Source: Eledone cirrhosa
Taxonomy: Eukaryota
Direction: 5' to 3'
Assembly (NCBI GenBank): GCA_964016885.1
Contig: OZ024760.1
Span: 2,480,001 to 2,544,000, forward strand
Length of the DNA: 64,000 nt
Position numbers and translations under genes: made by a program
Shown: one piece after another, positions 1 through 12,801 of the stretch
Layout of the letters: each line of letters begins with the position of its first letter
How positions within the stretch are numbered: position 1 is the stretch's first letter
Notes under the pieces: generated by a model
The model's database searches: none
What the model saw: the letters and a program-made list of their open reading frames with translations, nothing else
What the model was told of the DNA's origin: nothing

Positions 1-1847
1 TGTATATATATGTATATGTGTGTGTGTATATTTATGTTTGTATATATATGTATATGTGTTTGTGTGTATTTATGTGTTTGTATATATATGTATATGTGTG
101 TGTGTATATTTATGTGTTTGTATATATATGTATATGTGTGTGTGTATATTTATGTGTTTGTATATATATGTATATGTGTGTGTGTGTATTTATGTGTTTG
201 TATATATATATGTATATGTGTGTGTGTGTATTTATGTGTTTGTATATATATGTATATGTGTGTGTGTATATTTATGTGTTTGTATATATATGTATATGTG
301 TGTGTGTATATTTATGTGTTTGTATATATATGTATATGTGTGTGTGTATATTTATGTGTTTGTATATATATGTATATGTGTGTGTGTGTATTTATGTGTT
401 TGTATATATATGTATATGTGTGTGTGTGTATTTATGTGTTTGTATATATATGTATATGTGTGTGTATTTATGTGTTTGTATATATATGTATATGTGTGTG
501 TATTTATGTGTTTGTATATATATGTATATGTGTGTGTGTGTATTTGTGTTTGTATATATATGTATATGTGTGTGTGTGTATTTATGTGTTTGTATATATA
601 TGTGTGTGTGTGTGTATTTATGTGTTTGTATATATATGTATATGTGTGTGTGTATATTTATGTGTTTGTATATATATGTATATGTGTGTGTGTGTATATT
701 TATGTGTTTGTATATATATGTATATGTGTGTGTGTGTATTTATGTGTTTGTATATATATGTGTGTGTGTGTGTATTTATGTGTTTGTATATATATGTATA
801 TGTGTGTGTGTGTGTATTTATGTGTTTGTATATATATGTATATGTGTGTGTGTGTATTTATGTGTTTGTATATATATGTATATGTGTGTGTGTGTGTATT
901 TATGTGTTTGTATATATATGTGTGTGTATTTATGTGTTTGTATATATATGTATGTGTGTGTGTGTGTGTATTTATGTGTTTGTATATATATGTGTGTGTG
1001 TGTGTATTTATGTGTTTGTATATATATGTATATGTGTGTGTGTGTATTTATGTGTTTGTATATATATATATATATGTGTGTGTGTGTATTTATGTGTTTG
1101 TATATATATGTATATGTGTGTGTGTGTATTTATGTGTTTGTATATATATGTATATGTGTGTGTGTATATTTATGTGTTTGTATATATATGTATATGTGTG
1201 TGTGTATATTTATGTGTTTGTATATATATGTATATGTGTGTGTGTGTATTTATGTGTTTGTATATATATGTATATGTGTGTGTGTGTATTTATGTGTTTG
1301 TATATATATGTATATGTGTGTGTGCGTATTTATGTGTTTGTATATATATGTATATGTGTGTGTGTATATTTATGTGTTTGTATATATATGTATATGTGTG
1401 TGTGTATATTTATGTGTTTGTATATATATGTATATGTGTGTGTGTGTATTTATGTGTTTGTATATATATGTGTGTGTGTGTGTGTATTTATGTGTTTGTA
1501 TATATATGTATATGTGTGTGTGCGTATTTATGTGTTTGTATATATATATGTATATGTGTGTGTGTGTATTTATGTGTTTGTATATATATGTATATGTGTG
1601 TGTGTGTATTTATGTGTTTGTATATATATGTATATGTGTGTGTGTATATTTATGTGTTTGTATATATATGTATATGTGTGTGTGTATATTTATGTGTTTG
1701 TATATATATGTATATGTGTGTGTGTGTATTTATGTGTTTGTATATATATGTATATGTGTGTGTGTGTATTTATGTGTTTGTATATATATGTATATGTGTG
1801 TGTGTGTATTTATGTGTTTGTATATATATGTATATGTGTGTGTGTGT
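1..1847. repeat. ~40-bp TG/TA minisatellite (TATTTATGTGTTTGTATATATATGTATATGTGTGTGTGTA)
   Basis: About 45 near-identical tandem units. It produces the spurious ORFs in all three plus-strand frames. Confidence 0.95.
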
Positions 1848-2199
1848 AAATTTACATGTATGGATATCAGCAGTCCAACCCATGCCAGCATGGAAAGGAG
1901 GTATAAAATGATGATAATGATGATGATGATGGTATGGTGGTGGTGGTGGTGGTGTGGTGATAGTAGTAATGATGATGGTGGTGGTGGTGGTGGTGGTGGT
2001 GTGTCAAATAGAAAGTAATTAAAGAGAGTGAGAGAGCGGAGGGGGAGAGAAAGTAATAAGAGAGAGTGACATGATAGAAAGATGCTGACGCTGATGAAGA
2101 TGGTGTATAATGTGATTGAGAGAGGGGGGGGGGATAAGCATGAGACAGAGAGAGAGAGAGAGTGAAAAAAAAAGAGAGAGAGAGAATGAGAGAAAGATA

Positions 2200-3178
2200 G
2201 GAATTAGCTGTAAAGAGGGAGAGGGAGAAAGTGATAAGTAAAGATGAGAGAGAGAGAGAAAGAGAGAGAGATAGGTATTAGCTGTAAAGAGAGAGAGAGA
2301 TAGGTATTAGCTAGAGAGAGAGAGAGAGAGAGAGATAGGTATTAACTGTAGAGAGAAAGAGAGAGAGAGAGCGATATTAGCTAGAGAGAGAGAGAGGGAC
2401 ATGATATATATATAGAGAGAGAGAGATAGGTATTAGCTGTAAAGAGAGAGAGAGGGACATGATATATATATAGAGAGAGAGAGATAGGTATTAGCTGTAA
2501 AGAGAGAGAGAGGGACATGATATATATATATAGAGAGAGAGATAGGTATTAGCTGTAAAGAGAGAGAGAGGGACATGATATATATATATAGAGAGAGAGA
2601 TAGGTATTAGCTGTAAAGAGAGAGAGAGGGACATGATATATATATATAGAGAGAGAGATAGGTATTAGCTGTAAAGAGAGAGAGAGGGACATGATATATA
2701 TATAGAGAGAGAGGGACATGATATATATAGAGAGAGATAGGGACATGATATATATAGAGAGAGACATGATATATATATAGAGAGAGAGGGACATGATATA
2801 TATAGAGAGGGACATGATATATAGAGAGAGAGATAGGTATTAGCTGTAAAGAGAGAGAGGGGGACATGATATATATATATAGAGAGAGAGGGAGATGATA
2901 TATATATAGAGAGAGATAGGGACATGATATATATAGAGAGAGATAGGTATTAGCTGTATATAGAGAGAGAGGGAGATGATATATATATAGAGAGAGAGAG
3001 GGACATGATATATATATAGAGAGAGAGAGGGACATGATATATATATATATAGAGAGAGAGACATGATATATATATAGAGAAAGATAGGTATTAGCTGTAT
3101 AGAGAGAGAGAGGGAGATGATATATATATAGAGAGAGAGAGGGACATGATATATAGAGAGAGAGATAGGTATTAGCTG
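2200..3178. repeat. Composite GA/TA minisatellite (GGGACATGATA(TA)n(GA)n and GATAGGTATTAGCTGTAAA modules)
   Basis: Two short modules recur in variable order between dinucleotide runs. Confidence 0.9.
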
Positions 3179-3333
3179 ACTGAAAGTAAGGTTAGTGTGA
3201 CGAAAACAATAGTAATGTAAGAGATAAAGAGGAAGTAGGGGTGGGTGGGTCGTGTATTATTGATGAGAGTGTAGGAGGCTTCTACATAGTAGACCTGCTA
3301 GAAGTAGCAGTCAATATGCACTCAATGTTAATA

Positions 3334-3583
3334 TACAAGGTGTCCCCCAAAAATGTATACATACTTCAACAGCATTCTAATAAAAGTGTGTATACATTTT
3401 TTAGGGATAGCTTGTATATATTTTATATGAGATATTGATGGCTTCAACATAGTAGCTAGACCTGCTAGAAGTAGCAGTCAATATGCACTCAATGTTAATA
3501 TACAAGGTGTCCCCCAAAAATGTATACATACTTCAACAGCATTCTAATAAAAGTGTGTATACATTTTTCAGGGATAGCCTGTA
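3334..3583. mobile_element. Two copies (3334-3416, 3501-3583) of an ~80-bp Tc1/mariner-type MITE inside a 167-bp direct duplication
   Basis: TA|CAAGGTGTCCCCCAAAAATGTATACATACTT ... AAGTGTGTATACATTTTTTAGGGATAGCTTG|TA, with imperfect ~30-bp TIRs and TA ends. Confidence 0.65.
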
Positions 3584-3711
3584 TATATATATATATATAA
3601 TATATGATAGAGGAGGGGGTAGAATTGAACACTGTTGATAAAATATTGAGTGTAAGGATCAGGAGGATCTGTGTATATGTATATATATATATATCATTAT
3701 ATATATATATA

Positions 3712-6505
3712 TATCATTATCATTGTTTAACGTCCATATTCCACGCTGGTATGGGTTGGACGGGTTTGTCCCACTTGAGGCAAGATTTGTTGGGTGACAG
3801 TGTCTCGCTTGTACAGAACTGTTTCTGGCAGGTTTTCTACGGCTGGATGCTCTTCCTAACACCAACCATATTTACAGTGTGGACTGGGAGTTTTTTTTAC
3901 TGTGACACCTACATGACCACTTTATAGTGTGGACTGGGTGCTTTTTGTTGTGTCACCTACACGACTACTTTATAGTGTGGACTGGGTGCTTTTTGTTGTG
4001 TCACCTACACTACTACTTTACAGTGTGGGCTGGTTGCTTTTTGTCGTGTCACCTACACGACCACTTACAGTGTGGGCTGGGTGCTTTTTGTTGTGTCACC
4101 TACATGACTACTTTACAGTGTGGACTGGGTGTTTTTTGTTGTGTCACCTACACGACTACTTTATAGTGTGGGCTGGTTGCTTTTTATTGTGTCACCTACA
4201 TGACTACTTTACAGTGTGGACTGGTTGCTTTTTATTGTGTCACCAACATGACTACTTTATAGTGTGGGCTGGTTGCTTTTTATTGTGTCACCTACATGAC
4301 TACTTTACAGTGTGGGCTGGGTGCTTTTTATTGTGTCACCTACATGACTACTTTACAGTGTGGACTGGGTGCTTTTTGTTGTGTCACCTACACGACTACT
4401 TTATAGTGTGGGCTGGTTGCTTTTTATTGTGTCACCTACATGACTACTTTACAGTGTGGGTTGGGTGCTTTTTATTGTGTCACCTACATGACTACTTTAC
4501 AGTGTGGGCTGGTTGCTTTTTGTCGTGTCACCTACACGACTACTTTACAGTGTGGGCTGGGTGCTTTTTATTGTGTCACCTACACGACTACTTTATAGTG
4601 TGGGCTGGTTGCTTTTTATTGTGTCACCTACATGACTACTTTACAGTGTGGGCTGGGTGCTTTTTATTGTGTCACCTACATGACAACTTTACAGTGTGGG
4701 CTGGGTGCTTTTTGTTGTGTCACCTACATGACTACTTTACAGTGTGGACTGGGTGCTTTTTGTTGTGTCACCTACATGACCACTTTACAGTGTGGACTGG
4801 GTGCTTTTTACTGTGTCACCTACATGACCACTTTACAGTGTGGACTGGGAGTTTTTTTTACTGTGTCACCTACACGACCACTTTACAATGTGGGCTGGGT
4901 GCTTTTTGTCGTGTCACCTACATGACTACTTTACAGTGTGGGCTGGGTGCTTTTTGTCGTGTCACCTACACGACTACTTTACAGTGTGGGCTGGGTGCTT
5001 TTTGTTGTGTCACCTACATGACTACTTTACAGTGTGGGCTGGGTGCTTTTTGTTGTGTCACCTACATGACTACTTTACAGTGTGGGCTGGGTGCTTTTTG
5101 TCGTGTCACCTACATGACCACTTTACAATGTGGGCTGGGTGCTTTTTGTCGTGTCACCTACACGACTACTTTACAGTGTGGACTGGGAGTTTTTTTACTG
5201 TGTCTCCTACATGACCACTTTACAGTGTGGGCTGGGTGCTTTTTGTTGTGTCACCTACATGACTACTTTACAGTGTGGGCTGGGTGCTTTTTGTCGTGTC
5301 ACCTACATGACCACTTTACAGTGGGGGCTGGGTGCTTTTTGTCGTGTCACCTACATGACCACTTTACAGTGTGGGCTGGGTGCTTTTTGTCATGTCACCT
5401 ACATGACCACTTTACAGTGTGGGCTGGGTGCTTTTTGTTGTGTCACCTACATGACTACTTTACAGTGTGGACTGGGTGCTTTTTGTTGTGTCACCTACAT
5501 GACCACTTTACAGTGTGGGCTGGGTGCTTTTTGTCATGTCACCTACATGACCACTTTACAGTGTGGGCTGGGTGCTTTTTGTTGTGTCACCTACATGACT
5601 ACTTTACAGTGTGGACTGGGTGCTTTTTGTTGTGTCACCTACATGACCACTTTACAGTGTGGGCTGGTTGCTTTTTGTCGTGTCACCTACACGACCACTT
5701 TACAATGTGGGCTGGGTGCTTTTTGTCGTGTCACCTACACGACCACTTTACAGTGTGGGCTGGGTGCTTTTTGTCGTGTCACCTACACGACCACTTTACA
5801 GTGTGGGCTGGGTGCTTTTTGTCATGTCACCTACACGACCACTTTACAGTGTGGGCTGGGTGCTTTTTGTCATGTCACCTACATGACCACTTTACAGTGG
5901 GGGCTGGGTGCTTTTTGTCGTGTCACCTACACGACCACTTTACAGTGTGGGCTGGGTGCTTTTTGTCGTGTCACCTACACGACCACTTTACAGTGGGGGC
6001 TGGGTGCTTTTTGTCGTGTCACCTACATGACCACTTTACAGTGTGGGCTGGGTGCTTTTTGTCGTGTCACCTACATGACCACTTTACAGTGGGGGCTGGG
6101 TGCTTTTTGTCGTGTCACCTACATGACCACTTTACAGTGTGGGCTGGGTGCTTTTTGTCGTGTCACCTACATGACCACTTTACAGTGTGGGCTGGGTGCT
6201 TTTTGTCGTGTCACCTACATGACCACTTTACAGTGTGGGCTGGGTGCTTTTTGTCGTGTCACCTACATGACCACTTTACAGTGGGGGCTGGGTGCTTTTT
6301 GTCGTGTCACCTACACGACCACTTTACTGTGGATGGAAGTGGGAGGATGGAGTATGGGGTGTGGAATGTATATTGGATTAAGAGGTGCCTATGGACTGTA
6401 GGTTTAAGTAACTATGTAAGGAAAGGTGGGTCTTCTGTATAAGTGCATAGCGCCAAAGATCTCGATCCAGTGACATTGTCTTAGAGAGGTCTAAGTGAGC
6501 AAGGT
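3712..6505 (-). mobile_element. SINE-like element with an RTE-type (ATG)n tail, carrying a large internal tandem array
   Basis: The tail at 3712-3870 matches many other copies (14236, 16470, 29620, 32127, 56590). The far side, 6340-6505, matches 32440-32605. Confidence 0.75.
3871..6332. repeat. 48-bp minisatellite, ~51 copies (TTTACAGTGTGGGCTGGGTGCTTTTTGTCGTGTCACCTACATGACCAC)
   Basis: Regular 48-bp period, seen as a 16-aa period in the ORF track. The unit matches the single internal segment of the SINE at about 9690-9750. Confidence 0.95.
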
Positions 6506-6844
6506 CAGTTTTTATCAACTCGTCTCTCTCTCTCTCTATATATATATGTTCCGAAGAGATTGTTTTGGTAAAAACAGGAGCAAGCAGGAGAAAGCTCTCA
6601 ACATTCGTAGTTTGTAGTTACGATGGAGATTTAGTATAATAATAACATTAATAAAGATGCTGATGTTACATAAATCATTTATTTATTATAATTATTAATG
6701 TTATTATATATATATATCTCCATAAGTACCAGTAATACACTGGGATAATTGCTGGCCTTGTGCCAAAAGTAGAAACAATTATTAAAGACATTTTTTCCAA
6801 TTCCAACCCACCCGTCCCTTTAATATATCTTATTTCTCATTCTT

Positions 6845-6880
6845 TCTTCTGATGAAGGACTTGCGTCCAAAACGTTAAGA
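6845..6880 (+). ncRNA. Degenerate minimal type I hammerhead ribozyme (GAAA mutated to AAAA)
   Basis: TCTT CTGATGA A GGAC ttgc GTCC AAAAC GTT AAGA. Stem I is TCTT/AAGA and stem II is GGAC/GTCC. Confidence 0.6.
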
Positions 6881-6907
6881 CCCTCTTCCTGCTATTTCAA
6901 GTGTTAA

Positions 6908-7097
6908 CATAATTGTTTCTACTTTAGGCACAAGGCCAGCAAATACCCAGTGCATTACTGGTACTTTATTTTATCGACCCCGTAAGGATGAAAGGCAAAG
7001 TCAACCTCGGCGGGATTTGAACTCAGATCGTAAAGGGACGGAACTATGCTGGAAAGCATGGCGTCCGAACCTCTACCGATACTGCCAATCCACCGGT
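6908..7097 (-). mobile_element. tRNA-derived SINE, group C (central GGTTGACTTTGCCTTTCATCCTTACGGGGTCGATAAAATAAAGTACCAG domain)
   Basis: It has an A-box-like TGGCAGTATCGG and a B-box GAGTTCAAATC. Further copies lie at about 17005, 31220, 35385, 47815, 48260, 52268, 52478, 52590, 55680 and 61900. The central domain resembles the Meta/MESC domain as I recall it, unverified. Confidence 0.8.
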
Positions 7098-7298
7098 TTA
7101 CATAATGTTTTCATAGTGTTAACATTATGTAACATAATGTTAACATAATGTTAACATAATGTTAACATAATGTAACATTATGTAACATTATGTAACATAA
7201 TGTTAACATAATGTTAACATAATGTTAACATAATGTAACATTATGTAACATAATGTTAACATAATGTTAACATAATGTTTACATAGTGTTAACATAAT
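7098..7298. repeat. 11-12-bp tandem repeat (TGTTAACATAA)n
   Basis: About 17 copies directly abutting the SINE head. Confidence 0.9.
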
Positions 7299-7349
7299 AT
7301 ATTCCTTCCATATACTGTACCAATTGTGTTGTTATTTCTGTTTACCTTT

Positions 7350-7396
<47 letters not shown>

Positions 7397-7465
7397 AAAA
7401 TTAAGTAAGCTAATCAAAGAGAAGTGATTAGTTAAGCCAGTAAATATAGATATTCAAAAATGTGT

Positions 7466-7745
7466 CGTTGTTGTTGTTGTTTTCCCAGACATGTTATCAT
7501 CTTGATCACTTTGGCCGACCAGTTTGTCGGGCGTCGCTGGTCACAGCACGTTGTGCTGTTTTAGCCATAAGATAACGCCATCCCATTGGCTGGGCGGGCA
7601 GGCCGGTACTCATTTCTACAGCTGAGTAAACTGGAGCAATGTGAAATAAAGTGTCTTGCTCAAGGAAACAACATATCACCCGCTCTGAGAATTGAACTCA
7701 CAACCTTTCGATTGCAAGCCCAATGCTTTAACCACTAAGACATGT
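7466..7745 (-). mobile_element. CORE-type tRNA SINE with an alternative 3' body and (CAA)n tail
   Basis: The head and CORE (7607-7745) match the group A SINE, while 7466-7606 differs. Confidence 0.75.
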
Positions 7746-8339
7746 TATATATATATATAGAGGGAGAGAGAGAGATAAGAGAGTGTTCAGGTTTGCTTGA
7801 AGCATTGTGGAATAAGAAAAAAACAGTCAGTTTGGAAGCCTCTACAATGCAGATGGGTAAAAAAATCCAGTGGCAATAGAAGGAGAAGGAGAAGGAAAAG
7901 GAAAACAAACATAAATAAATGTAAAAGGTGTAAAGAGAAAAGTGGAAAAAGAGAAGGAAAACTGCCAGGGTGTGTGTACCTTAAAATATTTAATAGTCCA
8001 TATATTTCGGATTTGTATCCATCAACGGGGGTGGTTTTCAGAAGGGAAAATAAAAACGTTGTTGAACGTTGCTGGTTGCTGATCGGAATACCACCCCCAT
8101 TGATGGATACAAGTCTAATCTTTTAAGGTACACAACTCTGGCATTCTTTTTTTTTTCCTCTCTTCTCCTTACACTTTTTACTTTTAATTACGTTTGTTTT
8201 CCTTTTCCTTCTCCTTTTGCCACAGGAGTAGAGGCTTCCAAACTGACTATATATATATATATAATGTATAATGTACCGTGAAGTTACTGTAGGTTCACCC
8301 AGCTGAGCACTCAAATATATATATATATATATACATATT

Positions 8340-8788
8340 TACACAGTAAACACTTTACCTTACATAATTATCTCACATAATATCGAATCTATGAGATCTT
8401 GATATTATTCATTTTGAGAACCTTAACATAAGTATGAGCAGCTGGTTATGGCCGGATTGAACAGAAAGAGATAAGAGAATTCTGACCGGATATGGCCAGT
8501 TTAAATACTAAAGGGTTAAACAATCCTTTTTCCCTTTGTTCTTATTATCGTGAAAAAAATAAAAATTTAGCATTTAGATTACTCTATATATACTATTGTA
8601 TTTTCATGGTAAAGGCTTTACCTCACATAAATATCTCACATAATATTGAATCTATGAGATTTTGATATTATTTATTTTGAGAACAATATCTTAACATAAG
8701 TATGAGCAGCCGGTTAGGACAAGTTTGAACAGAAAGAGATTAGAGAATTCTGGCCGAATATGGCCAATTTAAATACTAAAGGGTTAAA
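8340..8788 (+). mobile_element. Two partial copies of the ~220-bp TTAA MITE
   Basis: Both end in ...TAAATACTAAAGGGTTAA and match the full copies at 31540 and 54212. Confidence 0.8.
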
Positions 8789-9325
8789 CAAACTTTTCCC
8801 CTTTTGTTCCCGTTATTGTGAAATAATTTTTAAATTTAAGCAAAAAAGAAATTTAAACTAAAAGAAATGAAAAGATGTAGACTTGGAAAAACAAGATATA
8901 AACACTATGAAAAAACAGTGTTTGCTTTTGGTTTCGCTTAGTCAAAAGTGAAACTTGAGAAGATGAAACTAAAAGTGAAATCTCTAAAATATATATATAT
9001 GTGTGAGTGTATGTGAGAGTACATATATATGTCTTAGTGTGTGTATGTGTGTAGGTATATATATAAATGTGATTGGCATTAGGAGGGGCATCAAGCTGTA
9101 GAAACCAAGCCAAAATTAGCCCCGTGTTAGCAAAACATGGTCCTCCGACTTGATCTCTCCCAAAGGGACATCCCGACCTCCCCATGCTACCGTGGAAATG
9201 GCCGTTAAACAATGATGATGATGATGATATATATGAGTGTGCGAGAGTGTGTATTATATATATATGAGTGTGTGTATATATATGTAAATATATATACACA
9301 CACACACTTATATACCTTCATACAA

Positions 9326-9541
9326 GTGAAGGCGTGTGGCTGAGTGGTTAGAGAATTGGATTCGCAATCGTAAGGTTGTAAGTTCGATTCCTGGACCAGG
9401 CGATGCATTATGTCCTTGAGCAAGACACTTTATTTCACGTTGCTCCTTCTACCTGGAGTTGTGACCGATAGATAGTATTAGCAATTGGAAAGACCAATGG
9501 AAACATTGTTTCCTCGGTCCGATTTGACGAAAGTCGATCGA

Positions 9542-9545
<4 letters not shown>
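9326..9545 (+). mobile_element. CORE-type tRNA SINE, subfamily A2 (also 19205-19457 - and 57270-57490 -)
   Basis: A box TGGCTGAGTGG, B box GTTCGATTCC, then GTCCTTGAGCAAGACACTTTA. The 3' body is nearly identical to 57270-57370. Confidence 0.85.
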
Positions 9546-9599
<54 letters not shown>

Positions 9600-9602
<3 letters not shown>

Positions 9603-9889
9603 ACGTCAGCTTTTCCCTGCTTGCAAGGGTGGGACGGGAATTGATTCTGGCTTGATTTCTACAGCTGGATGCCCTTCCTAACACCAACCTCATTTACAGT
9701 GAGTGCTGGGTGCTTTTTCGCCATGGCACCTCCACGACCACTTTGCAGTGGAATGTAAGGGACCCCAGTCCCTATCATCTCATTTCTACAGCTGAGTAAA
9801 CTGGAGCAATGTGAAATAAAGTGTCTTGCTCAAGGAAACAACACATCACCCGGTCTGAGAATTGAACTCACAACCTTTCGATTGCAAGG

Positions 9890-9893
<4 letters not shown>
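9600..9893 (-). mobile_element. CORE-type tRNA SINE, group A (RTE tail)
   Basis: Reverse complement of the 10673-11013 copy. Confidence 0.9.
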
Positions 9894-9924
<31 letters not shown>

Positions 9925-9925
<1 letters not shown>

Positions 9926-10105
9926 TTTTTTCCAATTCCATCCTGCCCGTTCCCTCAATCTATTTTATTTCTCATTCTTTCTCCTGATGAAGGACTAGCA
10001 TCCGAAACATTAATACCCTCTTGGTGCTATTTCAAGCATTAACCTAATAAATACCTTCCATATACTGTACCGATTGTGTGGTTATTTCTGTTTACCTTTT
10101 ACATA
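9925..10105 (+). mobile_element. Short hammerhead-bearing element (Penelope-like/retrozyme remnant); ribozyme core at 9984-10012
   Basis: CTGATGA A GGA ctagca TCC GAAAC ATT, flanked by (TA)n. Homologous units at 6785-7333, 12890-13040, 31965-32125 and 62370-62520. Confidence 0.7.
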
Positions 10106-10110
10106 CACAC

Positions 10111-10164
<54 letters not shown>

Positions 10165-10295
10165 TCAAGATGGTGCATCAGCATGACCACAATGTAATGA
10201 CAGTGTAATGTCAGTAAAAGAATAATAAAATTAATTTTATACAAGTCTGATGAAACTGACCATGGGGGAAACTTCAAAGTCATTATATATATATG

Positions 10296-10570
10296 TGATG
10301 TGTTGTTTCCTTGAGCAAGACACTTTATTTCACATTGCTCCAGTTTACTCAGCTGTAGAAAAGAGATGATAGGGACTGGGGTCCATATCATTCCACTGTA
10401 AAGTGGTCGTGGAGGTGCCATGGCGAAAAAGCACCCAGCACTCACTGTAAATGAGGTTGGTGTTAGGAAGGGCATCCAGCTGTAGAAATCAAGCCAGAAT
10501 CAGTTCCCGTCCCACCCTTGCAAGCAGGGAAAAGTGAACATAAAATGATGATGATGATGATGATGATGAT
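10296..10570 (+). mobile_element. 5'-truncated CORE SINE, group A
   Basis: CORE, body and (ATG)n tail are present; the tRNA head is missing. Confidence 0.9.
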
Positions 10571-10672
10571 GTACCCTATAATCCCACCCTCTCCAGTATC
10601 AGGAACCATTCGGACATACACCCCCCCTTCGTATCTATTTCAGTATACCTTATTTCTTGAGTTTGTATATAT

Positions 10673-11013
10673 GGAGGCACATGGCTTAGTGGTTAGAGCA
10701 TTGACCTTGCAATCGAAAGGCTGTGAGTTCAATTCTCAGACCGGGTGATGTGTTGTTTCCTTGAGCAAGACACTTTATTTCACATTGCTCCAGTTTACTC
10801 AGCTGTAGAAATGAGATGAAAGGGACTGGGGTCCCTATCATTCCACTGCAAAGTGGTTGTGGAGGTGCCACGGCAAAAAAGCACCCAGCACTCACTGTAA
10901 ATGAGGTTGGTGTTAGGAAGGGCTTCCAGCTGTTGAAATCAAGCCAGAATCAATTCCCGTCCCACCCTTGCAAGCAGGGAAAAGCAGACGTAAAATGATG
11001 ATGATGATGATGA
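10673..11013 (+). mobile_element. Full-length CORE-type tRNA SINE, group A (OR2-like)
   Basis: A box TGGCTTAGTGG and B box GAGTTCAATTC. The segment CCTTGAGCAAGACACTTTA...CAGTTTACTCAGCTGTAGAAATGAG aligns by eye to the MIR CORE domain. The 3' tail is nearly identical to the RTE LINE tail at 57951-58010. Further copies at 13833-14168 -, 20772-21095 -, 50625-50946 -, and a diverged one at 38140-38430 +. Confidence 0.9.
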
Positions 11014-11370
11014 CTTCTAGTAAATAAAATCAGCTTAGTGTTTCTGAGGAGGACTGCAGATTGAACAGGGTTTTCGAGACTAGAAATAGGTAGTAACTTA
11101 ACCACCACCATGATAATCGATACAATCAATCAATTGACCCTCTGAAACGACTGTAAAACAATGATCTAACTCTCTACCTACACCTGACTTCTGTTTTTAT
11201 ATGTGAATGACTCTGTAACCCAGATTGATTTTCTTCAAGGTTACCTTAGGCCGTGACCACCTACCACAAGAACTATTGGTCACTCTGCCGATTCTCATCG
11301 CAACTATCCTTCTTAGGATACATTGAGTTCTAACGATGTTTTCAGCCCCACCACAATCAGGTGGACTACG

Positions 11371-11456
<86 letters not shown>

Positions 11457-11464
<8 letters not shown>

Positions 11465-11868
11465 AGATCAAAAGATGGTTAAAGGAGTTCCATGTATTTT
11501 ATTATGCGCATTTCAAAAACAAACATCATCATGCAATAATATTTGTGTTTTCATCAGATAAAACAGGAGAACATGATATGAAGGCTAAAAAACACTTGTG
11601 GATAGTGCAGTTTTAAATTAACATATTAAAACTGCACTATCCACAAGTGTTTTTTAGCCTTCATATCATGTTCTCCTGTTTTATCTGATGAAAACACAAA
11701 TATTATTGCATGATGATGTTTGTTTTTGAAATGCGCATAATAAAATACATGGAACTCCTTTAACCATCTTTTGATCTTATATTATGTATACTCCAGTCCT
11801 ACAAACTGTAGAGTGCTTCTTATCCGATATCTGCATTGCTTTATTGTACTACAATAAACCTCACCTCC

Positions 11869-11872
<4 letters not shown>
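11457..11872 (+). mobile_element. Penelope-like remnant with a ~160-bp inverted repeat, inserted in (TA)n
   Basis: Arms 11457-11616 and 11626-11785 are nearly perfect. An ~85-bp unpaired 3' extension follows, and TA tracts flank both sides. Confidence 0.75.
11679..11745 (+). ncRNA. Intact minimal type I hammerhead ribozyme (mirror copy on the minus strand in the left arm)
   Basis: Stem I TTTTAT/ATAAAA, core CTGATGA, stem II AAACACAAAT...GTTTGTTTT, GAAA, stem III T-GCGC-A with a palindromic loop, and an ATA cleavage triplet. Confidence 0.8.
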
Positions 11873-11920
<48 letters not shown>

Positions 11921-12770
11921 TAACAGATTAAAGTTTAAGCAAAGAATCGCTGCTTTCACCTTAATATTTGCTCTACGGTTCTTATATATTTGAAATATAT
12001 TTATCCTTATCGAGCCCTCTTTGGATTTTAGTCTTCAAATTTATTATTATTACTATATATATATATACACACAATAAAGAGGGTGTGGTAAGGAACCAGG
12101 TGGACCATAACGCATCAGAGTACTCAATACTTAGGGTAGTAGAGTGGGTAATAGGGAAAGACTCTTTTTCTATAGATATACACATACAGGTATATGTCAC
12201 TCTATATCGTTAATTGGTTCCTGAAGTCAAGACGTAAGTCGAAAAACAACGAATATCGAATTGCTCTCCCCACCTGCCTCTATAAACAATTAATACTTAT
12301 TCTCTCTTGTTGTGTATAGTTATTTGAGTAAGATTTCATATTATGAAAGAATGAGACCTTGCTATGTAAACATTGCTCTTTGAATATCAAGCTAATGCCA
12401 GCACATACATAAACACACACAAACACCCACACAAATACATAAACAAACACATACAAACGCATACAAACACACACATACACAAAAACACACATACAAACAC
12501 AAACGCACACACACATCCAAACACACACATACACAAACACACACATACAAACACACACATACACAAACACACACATACACAAACACACAAACACACACAT
12601 ACAAACACAAACACACACACACACATCCAAACACACACATACACAAACACACACATACAAACACATACATACAAACACACACATACACAAACACACACAC
12701 ACACATACAAATACAAACGCACACACACATCCAAACACCCACAAATACAAACACCCCCACACACACAGAA

Positions 12771-12801
<31 letters not shown>

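Noticed and set aside
10-2018. 600+ aa ORFs in three frames
   Set aside because: They are translations of a TG/TA minisatellite that lacks stop codons; there is no coding signal.
3871-6332. CRISPR-like appearance of the regular arrays (also 14401, 40830, 44255)
   Set aside because: There are no unique spacers and no cas genes, and the context is eukaryotic.
3929-6442. 837-aa Cys/His-rich repeat ORF resembling a metal-binding protein
   Set aside because: It is a 48-bp SINE-derived array, open in more than one frame and switching frame midway.
10673-10745. tRNA-like sequence with A and B boxes
   Set aside because: It is a SINE head with no proper acceptor stem, and it continues into the CORE domain in many copies.
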